Assembly (NCBI GenBank): GCA_965208575.1
Contig: CBDBOV010000006.1
Location: forward strand, 1,152,001-1,216,000
Length of the DNA: 64,000 bases
Direction: 5' to 3'
DNA from: Spirochaetia bacterium
Lineage (GTDB): Bacteria > Spirochaetota > Spirochaetia > SZUA-6 > Bin103
Shown here: piece by piece, positions 1 to 12,112 of the stretch
Layout: each line of letters opens with the position of its first letter
Numbering within the stretch: position 1 is the stretch's first letter
Translations under genes and position numbers: made by a program
Notes under the pieces: model-generated
What the model was told of the DNA's origin: nothing
Database searches by the model: none
Seen by the model: only the letters and a program-made list of their open reading frames with translations

Positions 1-3000
1 CTGCGCGATCACCTGGTTCGCCGCCACCGCGCTCCCGCTCAGCGCCAGCGCGCCGTGCCCGGCGTCCGGCAGGCTCGCCACCCGCACCGCCTTCAGGCTG
101 TCGCCATCCGCGTCCGTGAACACCCCCGCGAAGTCGCTCGCCGCGAACGCCAGCGCCGTGTCCTCCGCCGTGCTCACGTTCAGCGCTCCCGCCGCCGGCG
201 CGTCGGCCACCGCCGTCACCGTGATCGTGGCCGTCGCCGCAGCCGACTCCGCGTCGCTCGGGTCCACCGCCTTGAACGTGAAGCTCGCATCCCCGTTCCA
301 GTCCGCCGCCGGCGTGAACGCCAGCGACCCCAGGTCGGCCTGCGCGACCACCTGGTTCGCCGCCACCGCGCTCCCGCTCAGCGCCAGCGCGCCGTGCGCC
401 GCCGCCGGCAGGCTCACCACCATCACTGCCTTCAGGCTGCCGCCGTCCGGGTCCGTGAACACCCCCGCGAAGTCGCTCGCCGCGAACCTCAGCGCCGTGT
501 CCTCCGCCGTGCTCACGTTCAGCGCTCCCGCCACCGGCGCGTCGGCCACCGCCGTCACCGTGATCGTGGCCGTGGCCGACGCCGACTCCGCGTCGCTTTG
601 GTCCACCACCTTGAACGTGAAGCTCGCATCCCCGTTCCAGTCCGCCACCGGCGTGAACACCAGCGACCCCAGGCCGGCCGGCGCGATCACCTGGTTCGCC
701 GTCACCGCGCTCCCGCTCAGCGCCAGCGCGCCGTGCCCGGCGTCCGGCAGGCTCGCCACCATCACTGCCTTCAGGCTGTCGCCATCCGGGTCGGTGAACA
801 CCCCTTCGAAGTCGCTCGCCGCGAACCTCAGCGCCGTGTCCTCCGCCGTGCTCACGTTCAGCGCTCCCGCCACCGGCGCGTCGGCCACCGCCGTCACCGT
901 GATCGTGGCCGTGGCCGACGCCGACTCCGCGTCGCTTTGGTCCACCACCTTGAACGTGAAGCTCGCATCCCCGTTCCAGTCCGCCGCCGGCGCGAACGCC
1001 AGCGACCCCAGGTCGGCCTGCGCGACCACCTGGTTCGCCGTCACCGCGCTCCCGCTCAGCGCCAGCGCGCCGTGCCCGGCGTCCGGCAGGCTTGCCACCC
1101 GCACCGCCTTCAGGCTGTCCCCGGTGTCCGCGTCCGTGAACACCGAGGCGAAGTCGCCCGCCGTGAACGCCAGCGCCGTGTCCTCCGCCGTGCTCCTGGC
1201 GAACGTCCCGGCCGCCGGCGCGTCGTTCACGGCGCTCACCGTGACCGTCGCCGTCGCGTTCGCCGACTCCGCGTCGGTCCGGTCCACCACCTTGAAGTCG
1301 AACGTCGCCGCACCGCTCCAGTTCGCCACCGGCGTGAAGGTCAGGTCGCCCAGGTCGGCGTGGTCGATCTTCCGATTCGCCGTCACCGCGGTTCCGGCCA
1401 GCGCCAGCGTCCCGTGCCCGGCGTCCGGCAGGCTCACCACCTGCACCTGCTTCAGGCGGTCGCCATCGGGGTCGCTGAACACGTCTTCGAAGTGCGCCGC
1501 CGTGAACGCCAGCACCGTGTCCTCCGCGGTGCTCACCGCCAGGGCCGCCGCGGCCGGCGGGTCGGCCACCGCGGTCACCGCGATGGTGGCCGTGGCCGTG
1601 GCCGACGCCGTGCCGCTCTGGTCCAGCACCTGGAACTCGAACGCGGCTGCGCCGGCGAAGTGCGCCGCCGGCGTGAACGTCAGCGCCGCCAGCTCGCCCC
1701 GCGCGAGCACCTGGTTGACCGTGACCGGGCGGCTCTGCCGGGCAACCGGGCGGTCGCCACCCGATTCGCCGTCACCGGGCTTCCGTTCGGCGTTGACGGC
1801 CGCGACCAGCGCCAGCTCGCCGTGCGCCGCGCGCGGCAGGCTCACCACCTTGATCGATTTCAGGCTGTCACCCGCGTCCACGTCGCTGAACACCGCCGTG
1901 AAGTCCGCCGCGGCGAACGCCAGCGCCGTGTCCTCGGCCGTACTCTTGTTCAGCGGCGCCGCGGCCGGCGGGTCGGCCACCGCCGTCACCGTCACGGTCG
2001 CGGTCGCCGCGGCGGCCGATTCCGTGCCCGCCTTGTCCACCACCCGGAACGTGAAGCTGACATCCCCGTGCCAGTTCACCGCCGGCGTGAACGTCAGGCT
2101 TCCCAGGTCGGCGCGCACGATCTTCCGGTTCGCAGTCACGGCGGTCCCGTCCAGCGCCAGCTCGCCGCCCGCCGCGGCCGGCAGGCTCACCACCCGCACC
2201 GCGGCCAGGCCGTCGTCGGGGTCCGGGTCGGAGAACCCTCCGTCGAAGTCCGCCGCCGTGAACGTCAGGGGCCGATCCTCCGCCGTGCTCACGTTCAGCG
2301 CGCTCGCCGCCGGCGCGTCTCCCACCCCGGTCACCGTGATCGTCGCCGTGGCCGCGGCCGACACCGCGTCCGTCTGGTCCACCACCCGGAACGTGAAGCT
2401 CGCGGCTCCGTTCCAGTCCTGCACCGGCGTGAACCGCAACGCGCCCAAGTCGGCGAGCGCGATCACCTCGTTGACCGTCACCGCCCGGGTCGGTGCGGCG
2501 ACCGGCCCGACGCCGCCCTCGCCGGGCTTCGGGTCGGCGTCACCGGGCTGCTGCTGTTGCAGCGCCAGCGTGCCGTGCCCGGCGTCCGGCAGGCTGTCCA
2601 CCCTCACGGCCTTCAGGCGGTCGCCGTCGCCGTCGCTGAACCGGTCCTTGAACTCCGCCGCCGTGAACGCCCGGACCGTGTCCTCCGCCATGCTCACCGC
2701 CAGCGCTCCCGCCACCGGCGCGTCGGCCACCGACGTCACCGTGACCTGCGCCGCCGCCGCGGCCGACTCCCGGTCCGACTGGTCCACCACCTTGAACGTG
2801 AAGCTCGCCTGCCCGTGCCAGTTCGCCACCGGCGTGAACACCAGATCTGCCAGATCGTCGTGCGTGATCAGGTCGTTCGCACTCACCGCTTTGCCATCGA
2901 GCGCCAGCACGCCCGCCGTGCCGGCCGGCAGCGTGACCACGCGCACCGCCTTCAGGCTGTCGTCCGGGTCGACGTCGCTGAACACGCCATCGAAGTCCGC

Positions 3001-5110
3001 CCCGGTGAACTCCAGCGCCGTGTCCTCCGGGGTGCTCACCGCCAGCACTCCCGCCACCGGCGCGTCGGCCGCCGCGGTCACGGTCACCGTCGCGGTCGCC
3101 GCCGCCGACTGCGCGCTCTCCCGATCGCGCACCCGGAACTCGAACTTGGTTTCGCCGTTCCAGTCGGCCACCGGCGTGAACACGAGCCCGACCAGGCGCG
3201 TCCGGTCGATCACCTGGCCGGCGGCGACCGCCTCCCCGTCCAGGGTCAGCGCCCCCTGCGCCGCCGGCGGCAGCACGGCGACGACCACCGCCGTGAGGCG
3301 GTCGCCGGCCTCCGCATCGGCGAACACGCCGTCGAAGTCGGCCGGCGCCAGCGGCAGCGGCGCATCCTCGCGGGTAGTGCGCGCCAGCGGCTGCGCGGTC
3401 GGCGGCGTATTCCACCACAGCGCGAGCGTGTAGGCTTTCGCCGACGCCGCCTTGGCGAGGTCCTGCACCCGGTAGTCGATGCTCGCGCGGTAGATGCCGT
3501 CCGTCGGCCGGAACTCCAGATCGCTCAGCTCGGCCGCTGCGATCACCGCCCCGACCGGCTGCGCCTTGTCGGCCCGCCACAGGCCCCCGCTGCTCGGTTT
3601 CCCGGCGAGCACCATCGCGCGCAGGCGGTCGCCGGGATCGGGATCCGCGAACGCCGCCTCGAACAGGTCCTGGAAGTCCAGGCCCGGCACCCACTTGCGC
3701 GTGAGGTCCTCCGCCGTCGGAGCGTCGTTCTTGCCGGCGACCGCGATGGTCGCGGCGTAGGCAGCCGCCGACCGGGCATCCGACTGGTCGACCACGCGGA
3801 AGGTGAACCGCGCGTTCCCGAACCAGTCCGCCACCGGCGTGAACGTCACGCTGCCCAGGTCGGCCGCGGCGATCACGCCGCCTGCTTTGACCGCGTCCCC
3901 CTTGGCCGCCAGAGCGCCGTGCTTGGCGTCCGGCGGGGTCACCACCACTACCGCCTTCAGGCTGTCGCCGGGGTCGGGATCGCGGAACACGAAGTTGTCC
4001 GCCGCCACGGTCACGGTCACATCTTCGTCGCCGGCGACCGTGAACGCCGCCGACGCCGGCGGGTCGGCGACCGGTGCGACCTGGACCGTGCCGGTGGCGA
4101 CTTCCGAGACGTAGCCGGCCTGGTCCTCCACCTGGAAGGTGAACGTCACCTCGCCCGCGAAGTCGCGGTCCGGCTGGTACACCAGGCGCGTCAGCCCCGC
4201 CGCCGGCAGCAGGTCGTCGCCGTCCATCACTCTCGCCACGCTGCCGTGGAAGCTGGTCAGCGTGCCTGCCGATTGCGGCGGTGTGCCGGACCGCGGGGCA
4301 CGCCTGATGACGATCGACTTGAGCCGGTCATCCGCGTCGACGTCGTCGAACGTGAAGTCGGCGAGCGTGAGCGTGAGCGTCGTGTCCTCGTCCATCGAGT
4401 GGCCGAGGTCCGCCGTCTCCGGCGCGTCGTTGACCGCCGTCACCCGGACCGTCGCGGTGCTGGAAGCCAGCGAAGCGGCGCCGGACGAGTCCTCCACCCC
4501 GAACAGGAACGTCGCCGTCCCGTTCCAGTTCGCCGCCGGCGTGAACCGGAGCTTGCCGTCGATGGAGCCGCTCGGGGCGGCAATCGTCTGCCCGGCGGTC
4601 ACCGCCGTCCCGTCCAGCGTCAGCGTGCCCGCCGCCGCGGCCGGCAGCGAGGCGATGACCACGGCCTTGCGCGTGTGCCCGTCCAGGTCGGAGAACGCGA
4701 AGTCGGCGGATGTCAGCGTCAGCGCGGTGTCCTCGGCCACCGTGCGCGCGAAGTCCGCCGTCGTGGGCGCGTCGTCCACCGGCCTGACCGTGACCGTGGC
4801 GGCGTACGCCTGCGTCGAGGCGCGCAGCGTGGTGTCCAGCACCTTGAACGTGAACGAGGTGATCCCGTACCAGTCCGCCGTCGGCCGGTACTGGAGCGCG
4901 CTCAGGTCGGCACGCGCGATCGTGGCCCCGGCGGACTGCTCCGCGCCGTTCAGCAGCAGCGTGCCGTGCGCCGGCAGGGTTTCGATGCGCAACTGGTGGA
5001 GCTGCTCGTCCGGATCCGCGTCGCTGAACGTGAACTGCCCGGCGGCGAACGTGTGCGACGTGTCCTCGTCGATCGTCACGCTGAGCGGCGCCGAGGTCGG
5101 CGCGTTGGCA
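1..5110 (-). repeat. Tandem ~339-bp (113-aa) cadherin-like domain repeats within the giant gene
   Basis: Anchor cagc(g/a)ccgtg recurs at 151, 490, 829, 1171, 1510 (spacing 339, 339, 342, 339) and more divergently up to ~5060. Confidence 0.9.
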
Positions 5111-8100
5111 CCCACCTCGGCGTCGGTGATGGTGACGTTGAACCCACTCACGGCTAAGAGGCCGGGGCTAGCTGTAGCCGTGTAGGTCATGGCGGTGGCG
5201 GCGGCCACCGTGGTCGGCGTGCCCGACAGCGTGCGCGTCGCCGCGTCGAAGGTCAGGCCCGGCACCGCCGGCGTCAGGGTGTACGTCAACGTGTGGCGGT
5301 AGTGCGCCTCCGGCAGGACCAGCGGGATGATCGCCTTGCCTTTGGGCCAGCTCTGGTCCGGGAACGACGCGCCCCGGAAGGTCGGCGGGGGTTTGGCATC
5401 GCACCCTGATCCTTCCGGCGCCACGTTGTAGACCCGGAGCGGAATGTCGAGAGACGCCTTCAATCCCCGCGGGTCGGTGGCCGTCACCGTGATGGTGACA
5501 TTCCAGTTCTCGCCGGCGGCTGGACCAGGGTCGACTGTGAGGTGCGGAGCCCGCTCGACGTCGTACACATTCAGTGCTGGGGACGTAACATGGTTCAACC
5601 GAAAACGCCGAAGCGGCGAAACGTAGACGTGGGCGGCCACGCGCGAGTCCGAACTGTGCACGCTGTACGTCAAGGGATCGGCGTCGGGGTCGTAGAAGTA
5701 GTAAGCCATCGGATACCTGCGAAGGCTACGTCCGCACCTGCCAATCGCTCCGTGGTCCCTCAAGTCACCATACACCTTGGCGTAACCCTTCAACAAGCCT
5801 TGATCGCGGTCAGCCTTGGAGTTTGCCACCGGCGCGCGGTTTGCCGGCAGGCCGGTGATGCGGAAATCCTGCGCCGTCCGCGCGCCGCTCGTGTCGACGG
5901 CGAAGATGCGGATCGGCTTGGCTCCCTCGGTGATGGGAAAGAGGCAGTGTGCGTAGCGGTAGCCGGTACATCGGGCGAGCGTCAATCCCGTGTGAACTTC
6001 AGTCGCCACGAAGTTCAGGACATCGCCGTCGGCGTCGTAGAAGTAGCCGCGCAGGTCGACGCCGTACGGGTACGTGCTGGATTTTCCCCACTTCGATCCC
6101 GGGATCTTGACGCTCACGTCCACGGTCTTGCCGGCGAACAGGGCGACCGGGGGGCTGTTCGCCACCACGTTGATCGTGAAGCTCAGGGTGGCGCTGTCGC
6201 CGGCGCTGGCGTCGGCATCCGAGTCGACCGCCCGATAGGTCATGGCGTAGCTGCCGGCGGTGGTCGGCGTGCCCGTGATCCGGTGGGTGCGCGCGTCGAA
6301 GCTCAGGCCCGGCACCGCCGGCGTCAGGGTGTAGGTCAGGTCGCCGTCGCCGCCGGTCGCGGTCGGCAGCGGCGGCAGGGGCCGCGCCGAGGTCACCGGA
6401 CCGTAGTCCCGCCCGGTAAGGAGGCGCAGATTCCGGATCGAGACGCCGGCGGCAAACCGTGGCGTCGACGCGGCGGCGGCGCGCAGCGAGACCCTGATCG
6501 TGTCGGCGTCGCTGTCCCGGTCGGTGACCTTGTAGAGGAAGTTCCAGGTGCCGGCGGCCTTGGGCGTAAAGGTGACCGTGCGCGTGGCCGCGCTGAAGGA
6601 CATCACGCCGGCAGCGGCCGGCGTGAGGGTGTAGGTCAGGGTACCGTCGCCGCCGGTCGCCGCCGGCAGCACGCGCGAGAGGGTCTGGCCCGCCTGCAGG
6701 CCGAGCGAGATGTTCCGAGTCAGGCCCAGGCTCGGGCGGCTCGCGGGGTAGCGTATCTTGACCGGGAGGTAGGTGGTGCCGGTCAGTCCCCCGCGGTCGG
6801 TGACCGTCAGCTTGTACAGCAGGTCGACGGGATAGCTCGGTTCGGGCCACAGATACGGGGTGCTCGAATCGGGCCACCGTGGTTGGTGGTGCCGCGTGAC
6901 CGGATCCCGGACCTGGGTCCACCGGAACCTGAGATGATCCAGTGGCGTTTCCTCGTCGGTGCTTGCCCGTCCATCGAGATAGAGGTTCGTCTGAATGAGC
7001 TTCCCGTGTTCGTTGTACCTCTTCCGGTAACCCCACGTGGCGCGCGCGACGGGCGCGTTCTTGTTGGGCGCGGCCGCCAGCGACACGGTCACGGTGCGCG
7101 CGGCGCCGTCGCCGCCGGCGGTGCGCGCGCGCACCGCGAACGTGTAGGTGGCGCCGTTCCGCAGTCCGGACACCACCTGGCGGTACACGTGCGCCCCGGC
7201 GCCGCCCTGACTCCACGCCGACCACTTGGTGCCGCCGTCGGAGCTGTAGCGGTACCACCAGCTCGCGATCGGGGCTCCGTTCGCCGCGCCCGCCGTCCAC
7301 CTGAGCGTGACCGTGCCGTCGCCGCTGCCTGCCGTGAGCGTGGCCGGCGCGGCCGGCGGCCGTACGACGTCCAGCGACGCCGTGGCGGTGGCGCTCGCGC
7401 CGTGCTCGTCGGTGGCGGTCAACCGGAAGGTCAGCCGCTCCACGCGGTTCGGCGCGGTGAAGGTCGGGCTCTCCGCGGTGGCGTCGCTCAGCGTCACCGC
7501 GGTGCCGGCGGTCTGCTCCCAGTGCCAGGTCATCGTGTCGCCGTCCGTGTCGCGGCTGCTGTTGGTCAGCGTCACCGTGTGGCCGGCCTTGACGGTGCCG
7601 TACGGCGCGGTCGAGGCGGCGGCCAGCGGCGGATCGTTGGCGTGCACGGTGATGGTCGCCGTACCCTGCGCACTCGCGCCCGGCTGGTCGATCAGGTTGA
7701 ACACGAAGGAGTCGGTGCCGGAGTAGTCAACCTTGGGCGTGAACACCAGCGTGTCCAGGTCGTGCGGCTCGACCAACCGCAAGGAGGTCACCGCCGCCCC
7801 GCCGAGCGTCAGCCGGCCGCCGTTCAGCGGCGGCGCGATGACCACCCGCGACAGGCTGTCGCCGGCGTCCGGGTCCGAGAACGCGCCGGTGAAGTCGCTC
7901 GTTGCGAAGGTCACGGGCATGTCCTCGTAGGTGCTCTTGGCGATCGGCGCCGCGGTCGGCGCGCTGTTGGCGTTGACGGTGAGCGTGAACGTCAGCGTGT
8001 CGGCATCGGCGTCGGTGTCGAAGCGGTCGCCGTCGTCGACCCGGTAGGTCATCTGGTGCTGCCCCGGGGATGCGGCCGTGCCGGACAGCACGCGCGTCTT

Positions 8101-9303
8101 CGGGTCGAAGGTCAGGCCGGTCACCGACGGGCTGAGGCGGTAGGTCAGGCCGTAGTTGCCGCCGGTCGCCGCCGGCAGGGTCAGCGAGGGGGCGCCCGGC
8201 ACGCTCGCCACCCGCGTCTGCGCCGGCACGGTGGCCGTGCCGAAGGTGGGCGCCGAGTTCAGGAACGGCGTGTCGCCGCCGCTCGCCGCCGGCCCCCGGT
8301 AGAAGCCGTTGGACGCGGTCAGGGTCACCGTGTAGGCGCGCTCGTTGGTCAGATTGGGGATGGTGTGGGCGCGGGCGGTCGCGGCCAGGTCCGTGCTGCC
8401 GGAGGCGCCCGCGCCGGACCAGGCCAGCCGGTAGCCGGTCACCGGCGCGCCGCCGGCGCCGGCCGGCGCCGCCCAGCTCACCGCCAGCGAGCGGTCGTTG
8501 CCCAGCACCTGCAGGGTGCGCGGCGCGGTCGGGGCGCCGTAGGGCGTCGCGGAGGTCACCTCGGTCACCGTGAACGTGGCCTCGGTGCCGGGGTCGAGAC
8601 GGTAGAGCGTGTCGACCTCGATCCGGTACTTCCGGCCGGCGGTGAGGCCGGTGATGTCGTAGGAGGTGGCGGTCCTCGCCAACCGCGCCGTGCCGGCGCG
8701 CGGGGCGCTGCCCTCGGCCCAGGACACCACGTAGTAATGGAGGATCTTGGACCCGGTGGGCCGGCTCCAGGTGACCCGCAGGGTGTTGGCGGCCCCGCGC
8801 ACGGCGGACAGGTTGACCACCTCCATGTCGGCGCGCGGGGTCGGGATGTTGATGTAGGCGTCGTCGCGCGGGCTGGTGTACGGCAGGTTGGCCAGCGCCG
8901 CGCCGGTCCCGGACCGGAACGGCCCCTCGCCGACGGCGTTCACCGCGGTCACGCCGACCCCGTACTCGATGCCGTTGGTCAGCCCGGTCACGAAGTGGAC
9001 GTGCACGCCGGTGCCGGACGCCGCCACGTCCGCCGACTGCACGGTGCCGGCGTACTTGCCGGTCTGGTACCAGTACACGCGGTAGGTGGTGACCGCGCTG
9101 CCGCCGTCGCTGGCCGGTGGGCGCCAGCTCACCTCCAGCTTCCCCGGATGGGAGACCACCCACTTGCGCTGATACTGATGGTCACCCGGGGCATAGCGGT
9201 CGTTGTGCCGCGTGCCGAAGCCCACCTGCCCCGGCGCCGTCGGCTCGCTCGGGGTCTGCGCATGAGCGGCGGCGACGGCGAGCCAGGCGACCAGCGCCAG
9301 CAT
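1..9303 (-). CDS. Giant secreted repeat protein / adhesin (FN3, putative Ig, PKD-like and ~15 cadherin-like Ig repeats); 3' end lies beyond the window start
   Basis: Manual translation: ATG at 9303 gives signal peptide MLALVAWLAVAAAHA-Q, then FN3 (LEVSWRPPASDGGSAVTTYRVYW), putative-Ig motifs (LTFDAATRTLSGTPT) and ~339-bp cadherin-like repeats. Same frame at base 1; no stops in the lower-GC patches I checked. Absent from the ORF track because no stop lies in the window. Alternative in-frame ATG at 9486. Confidence 0.9.
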   Translation of the reverse strand, partial: MLALVAWLAVAAAHAQTPSEPTAPGQVGFGTRHNDRYAPGDHQYQRKWVVSHPGKLEVSWRPPASDGGSAVTTYRVYWYQTGKYAGTVQSADVAASGTGVHVHFVTGLTNGIEYGVGVTAVNAVGEGPFRSGTGAALANLPYTSPRDDAYINIPTPRADMEVVNLSAVRGAANTLRVTWSRPTGSKILHYYVVSWAEGSAPRAGTARLARTATSYDITGLTAGRKYRIEVDTLYRLDPGTEATFTVTEVTSATPYGAPTAPRTLQVLGNDRSLAVSWAAPAGAGGAPVTGYRLAWSGAGASGSTDLAATARAHTIPNLTNERAYTVTLTASNGFYRGPAASGGDTPFLNSAPTFGTATVPAQTRVASVPGAPSLTLPAATGGNYGLTYRLSPSVTGLTFDPKTRVLSGTAASPGQHQMTYRVDDGDRFDTDADADTLTFTLTVNANSAPTAAPIAKSTYEDMPVTFATSDFTGAFSDPDAGDSLSRVVIAPPLNGGRLTLGGAAVTSLRLVEPHDLDTLVFTPKVDYSGTDSFVFNLIDQPGASAQGTATITVHANDPPLAAASTAPYGTVKAGHTVTLTNSSRDTDGDTMTWHWEQTAGTAVTLSDATAESPTFTAPNRVERLTFRLTATDEHGASATATASLDVVRPPAAPATLTAGSGDGTVTLRWTAGAANGAPIASWWYRYSSDGGTKWSAWSQGGAGAHVYRQVVSGLRNGATYTFAVRARTAGGDGAARTVTVSLAAAPNKNAPVARATWGYRKRYNEHGKLIQTNLYLDGRASTDEETPLDHLRFRWTQVRDPVTRHHQPRWPDSSTPYLWPEPSYPVDLLYKLTVTDRGGLTGTTYLPVKIRYPASRPSLGLTRNISLGLQAGQTLSRVLPAATGGDGTLTYTLTPAAAGVMSFSAATRTVTFTPKAAGTWNFLYKVTDRDSDADTIRVSLRAAAASTPRFAAGVSIRNLRLLTGRDYGPVTSARPLPPLPTATGGDGDLTYTLTPAVPGLSFDARTHRITGTPTTAGSYAMTYRAVDSDADASAGDSATLSFTINVVANSPPVALFAGKTVDVSVKIPGSKWGKSSTYPYGVDLRGYFYDADGDVLNFVATEVHTGLTLARCTGYRYAHCLFPITEGAKPIRIFAVDTSGARTAQDFRITGLPANRAPVANSKADRDQGLLKGYAKVYGDLRDHGAIGRCGRSLRRYPMAYYFYDPDADPLTYSVHSSDSRVAAHVYVSPLRRFRLNHVTSPALNVYDVERAPHLTVDPGPAAGENWNVTITVTATDPRGLKASLDIPLRVYNVAPEGSGCDAKPPPTFRGASFPDQSWPKGKAIIPLVLPEAHYRHTLTYTLTPAVPGLTFDAATRTLSGTPTTVAAATAMTYTATASPGLLAVSGFNVTITDAEVGANAPTSAPLSVTIDEDTSHTFAAGQFTFSDADPDEQLHQLRIETLPAHGTLLLNGAEQSAGATIARADLSALQYRPTADWYGITSFTFKVLDTTLRASTQAYAATVTVRPVDDAPTTADFARTVAEDTALTLTSADFAFSDLDGHTRKAVVIASLPAAAAGTLTLDGTAVTAGQTIAAPSGSIDGKLRFTPAANWNGTATFLFGVEDSSGAASLASSTATVRVTAVNDAPETADLGHSMDEDTTLTLTLADFTFDDVDADDRLKSIVIRRAPRSGTPPQSAGTLTSFHGSVARVMDGDDLLPAAGLTRLVYQPDRDFAGEVTFTFQVEDQAGYVSEVATGTVQVAPVADPPASAAFTVAGDEDVTVTVAADNFVFRDPDPGDSLKAVVVVTPPDAKHGALAAKGDAVKAGGVIAAADLGSVTFTPVADWFGNARFTFRVVDQSDARSAAAYAATIAVAGKNDAPTAEDLTRKWVPGLDFQDLFEAAFADPDPGDRLRAMVLAGKPSSGGLWRADKAQPVGAVIAAAELSDLEFRPTDGIYRASIDYRVQDLAKAASAKAYTLALWWNTPPTAQPLARTTREDAPLPLAPADFDGVFADAEAGDRLTAVVVAVLPPAAQGALTLDGEAVAAGQVIDRTRLVGLVFTPVADWNGETKFEFRVRDRESAQSAAATATVTVTAAADAPVAGVLAVSTPEDTALEFTGADFDGVFSDVDPDDSLKAVRVVTLPAGTAGVLALDGKAVSANDLITHDDLADLVFTPVANWHGQASFTFKVVDQSDRESAAAAAQVTVTSVADAPVAGALAVSMAEDTVRAFTAAEFKDRFSDGDGDRLKAVRVDSLPDAGHGTLALQQQQPGDADPKPGEGGVGPVAAPTRAVTVNEVIALADLGALRFTPVQDWNGAASFTFRVVDQTDAVSAAATATITVTGVGDAPAASALNVSTAEDRPLTFTAADFDGGFSDPDPDDGLAAVRVVSLPAAAGGELALDGTAVTANRKIVRADLGSLTFTPAVNWHGDVSFTFRVVDKAGTESAAAATATVTVTAVADPPAAAPLNKSTAEDTALAFAAADFTAVFSDVDAGDSLKSIKVVSLPRAAHGELALVAAVNAERKPGDGESGGDRPVARQSRPVTVNQVLARGELAALTFTPAAHFAGAAAFEFQVLDQSGTASATATATIAVTAVADPPAAAALAVSTAEDTVLAFTAAHFEDVFSDPDGDRLKQVQVVSLPDAGHGTLALAGTAVTANRKIDHADLGDLTFTPVANWSGAATFDFKVVDRTDAESANATATVTVSAVNDAPAAGTFARSTAEDTALAFTAGDFASVFTDADTGDSLKAVRVASLPDAGHGALALSGSAVTANQVVAQADLGSLAFAPAADWNGDASFTFKVVDQSDAESASATATITVTAVADAPVAGALNVSTAEDTALRFAASDFEGVFTDPDGDSLKAVMVASLPDAGHGALALSGSAVTANQVIAPAGLGSLVFTPVADWNGDASFTFKVVDQSDAESASATATITVTAVADAPVAGALNVSTAEDTALRFAASDFAGVFTDPDGGSLKAVMVVSLPAAAHGALALSGSAVAANQVVAQADLGSLAFTPAADWNGDASFTFKAVDPSDAESAAATATITVTAVADAPAAGALNVSTAEDTALAFAASDFAGVFTDADGDSLKAVRVASLPDAGHGALALSGSAVAANQVIAQ

Positions 9304-9500
9304 GCCGGCGCGCGCACACGTACCGGCGGCGCGCGACCGTACCTGCCGCCGCCGGCGGGCGGGTGACGAAATTCGCCCGCCGCGGCAAAGCCGGTGACGA
9401 GCGTTGTTCTTCGGCGCGTGCCCGCTCTGTTGTCGGTCAGCAGGCCGCGGCGCTCGTGCGCGCGGCGCCGCGGCGTCCGGCTCCATCACTCCGGGCTATA

Positions 9501-9516
9501 TGCAAAAACCGGGCCA
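9501..9516 (-). promoter_or_regulatory. sigma54 -24/-12 promoter for the giant adhesin gene
   Basis: Minus strand TGGCCCGGTTTTTGCA: GG-N10-GC spacing, matches TGGCACG-N4-TTGCW with one mismatch. Confidence 0.8.
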
Positions 9517-9534
9517 GGCTTCTGCCAATCAGGT

Positions 9535-9560
9535 CAACTTGTTTTTCAGAAAAGAATTAG
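9535..9560. promoter_or_regulatory. AT-rich IHF-like bending site between sigma54 promoter and enhancer
   Basis: caacttgtttttcagaaaagaattag, AT-rich in a GC-rich context; positioned like the tract at 11922-11947. Confidence 0.4.
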
Positions 9561-9687
9561 AGTGACCTTGAGCCGTTCTCTCCGGGCCGCGGACGAGTGG
9601 CGCATCTCGCCACTCAAGCCCGGCCCATGCCGGTCTGGTGCGAATAACTCGTGGCGGGTGAGTTGGTTATGAGCAGGGGCCACGAGC

Positions 9688-9723
9688 TGTCGCGATGTGC
9701 GTCACGAGACGCAATCTGCAACA
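9688..9723. promoter_or_regulatory. Tandem putative EBP-binding sites (UAS)
   Basis: TGTCGCGATGTGCGTCA (9688-9704) and AGACGCAATCTGCAACA (9707-9723), consensus TGWCGCA-N3-TGCGWCA, 172 bp upstream of the -24 element. Confidence 0.55.
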
Positions 9724-9814
9724 GTCAGGCGGCGACGGCGGGCCGGGCTGCGAACCGACGCATCCGGCGGCGACCGCGACGCGGACTCGGCTCGCCGGGG
9801 CGAGCGGATCCGAT

Positions 9815-11836
<2,022 letters not shown>

Positions 11837-11888
11837 TCGCTGTCCTCCCGCGTCATTGCTCGGTGGTTCGACTCCCCGCGCACAATCG

Positions 11889-11904
11889 AGCAACAGCCGT
11901 GCCA
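11889..11904 (-). promoter_or_regulatory. sigma54 -24/-12 promoter for EBP copy 1
   Basis: Minus strand TGGCACGGCTGTTGCT, perfect consensus, ~50 bp upstream of the GTG start. Confidence 0.88.
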
Positions 11905-11982
11905 ACTACCGCGACGCCTCGCAAAGTGCTGACGGGCAGGAAATTAAGACGGTTCGAGCGGTGCCGGCGCGGTCGCGGCGAG

Positions 11983-12112
11983 CGACGCATCATGCGACTC
12001 GCGCCTCCCGTCCGGCCCGGCGGCAACCAGCTATTTCATTACCCATACAAGAGTTGCGAACACGGTCACGGGCTCTTGTCGCAGTCTGCGCCAGGCGGCG
12101 CAAAGCGCGCCA
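11983..12112. promoter_or_regulatory. Putative EBP-binding sites (single site plus tandem pair)
   Basis: CGACGCATCATGCGACT (11983-11999), TGTCGCAGTCTGCGCCA (12077-12093), CGGCGCAAAGCGCGCCA (12096-12112); the pair is 173 bp upstream of the -24 element. Confidence 0.55.

Noticed and set aside
55-9366. Long plus-strand ORFs (1700, 1105 and 1274 aa)
   Set aside because: Arg/Ala/Ser-rich antisense shadows of the real minus-strand giant gene. The same applies to most overlapping ORFs in this GC-rich window.
11837-11905. Longer N-terminus for EBP copy 1 as given in the ORF track
   Set aside because: It overlaps the sigma54 promoter; GTG 11836 has a strong RBS and aligns with copy 2
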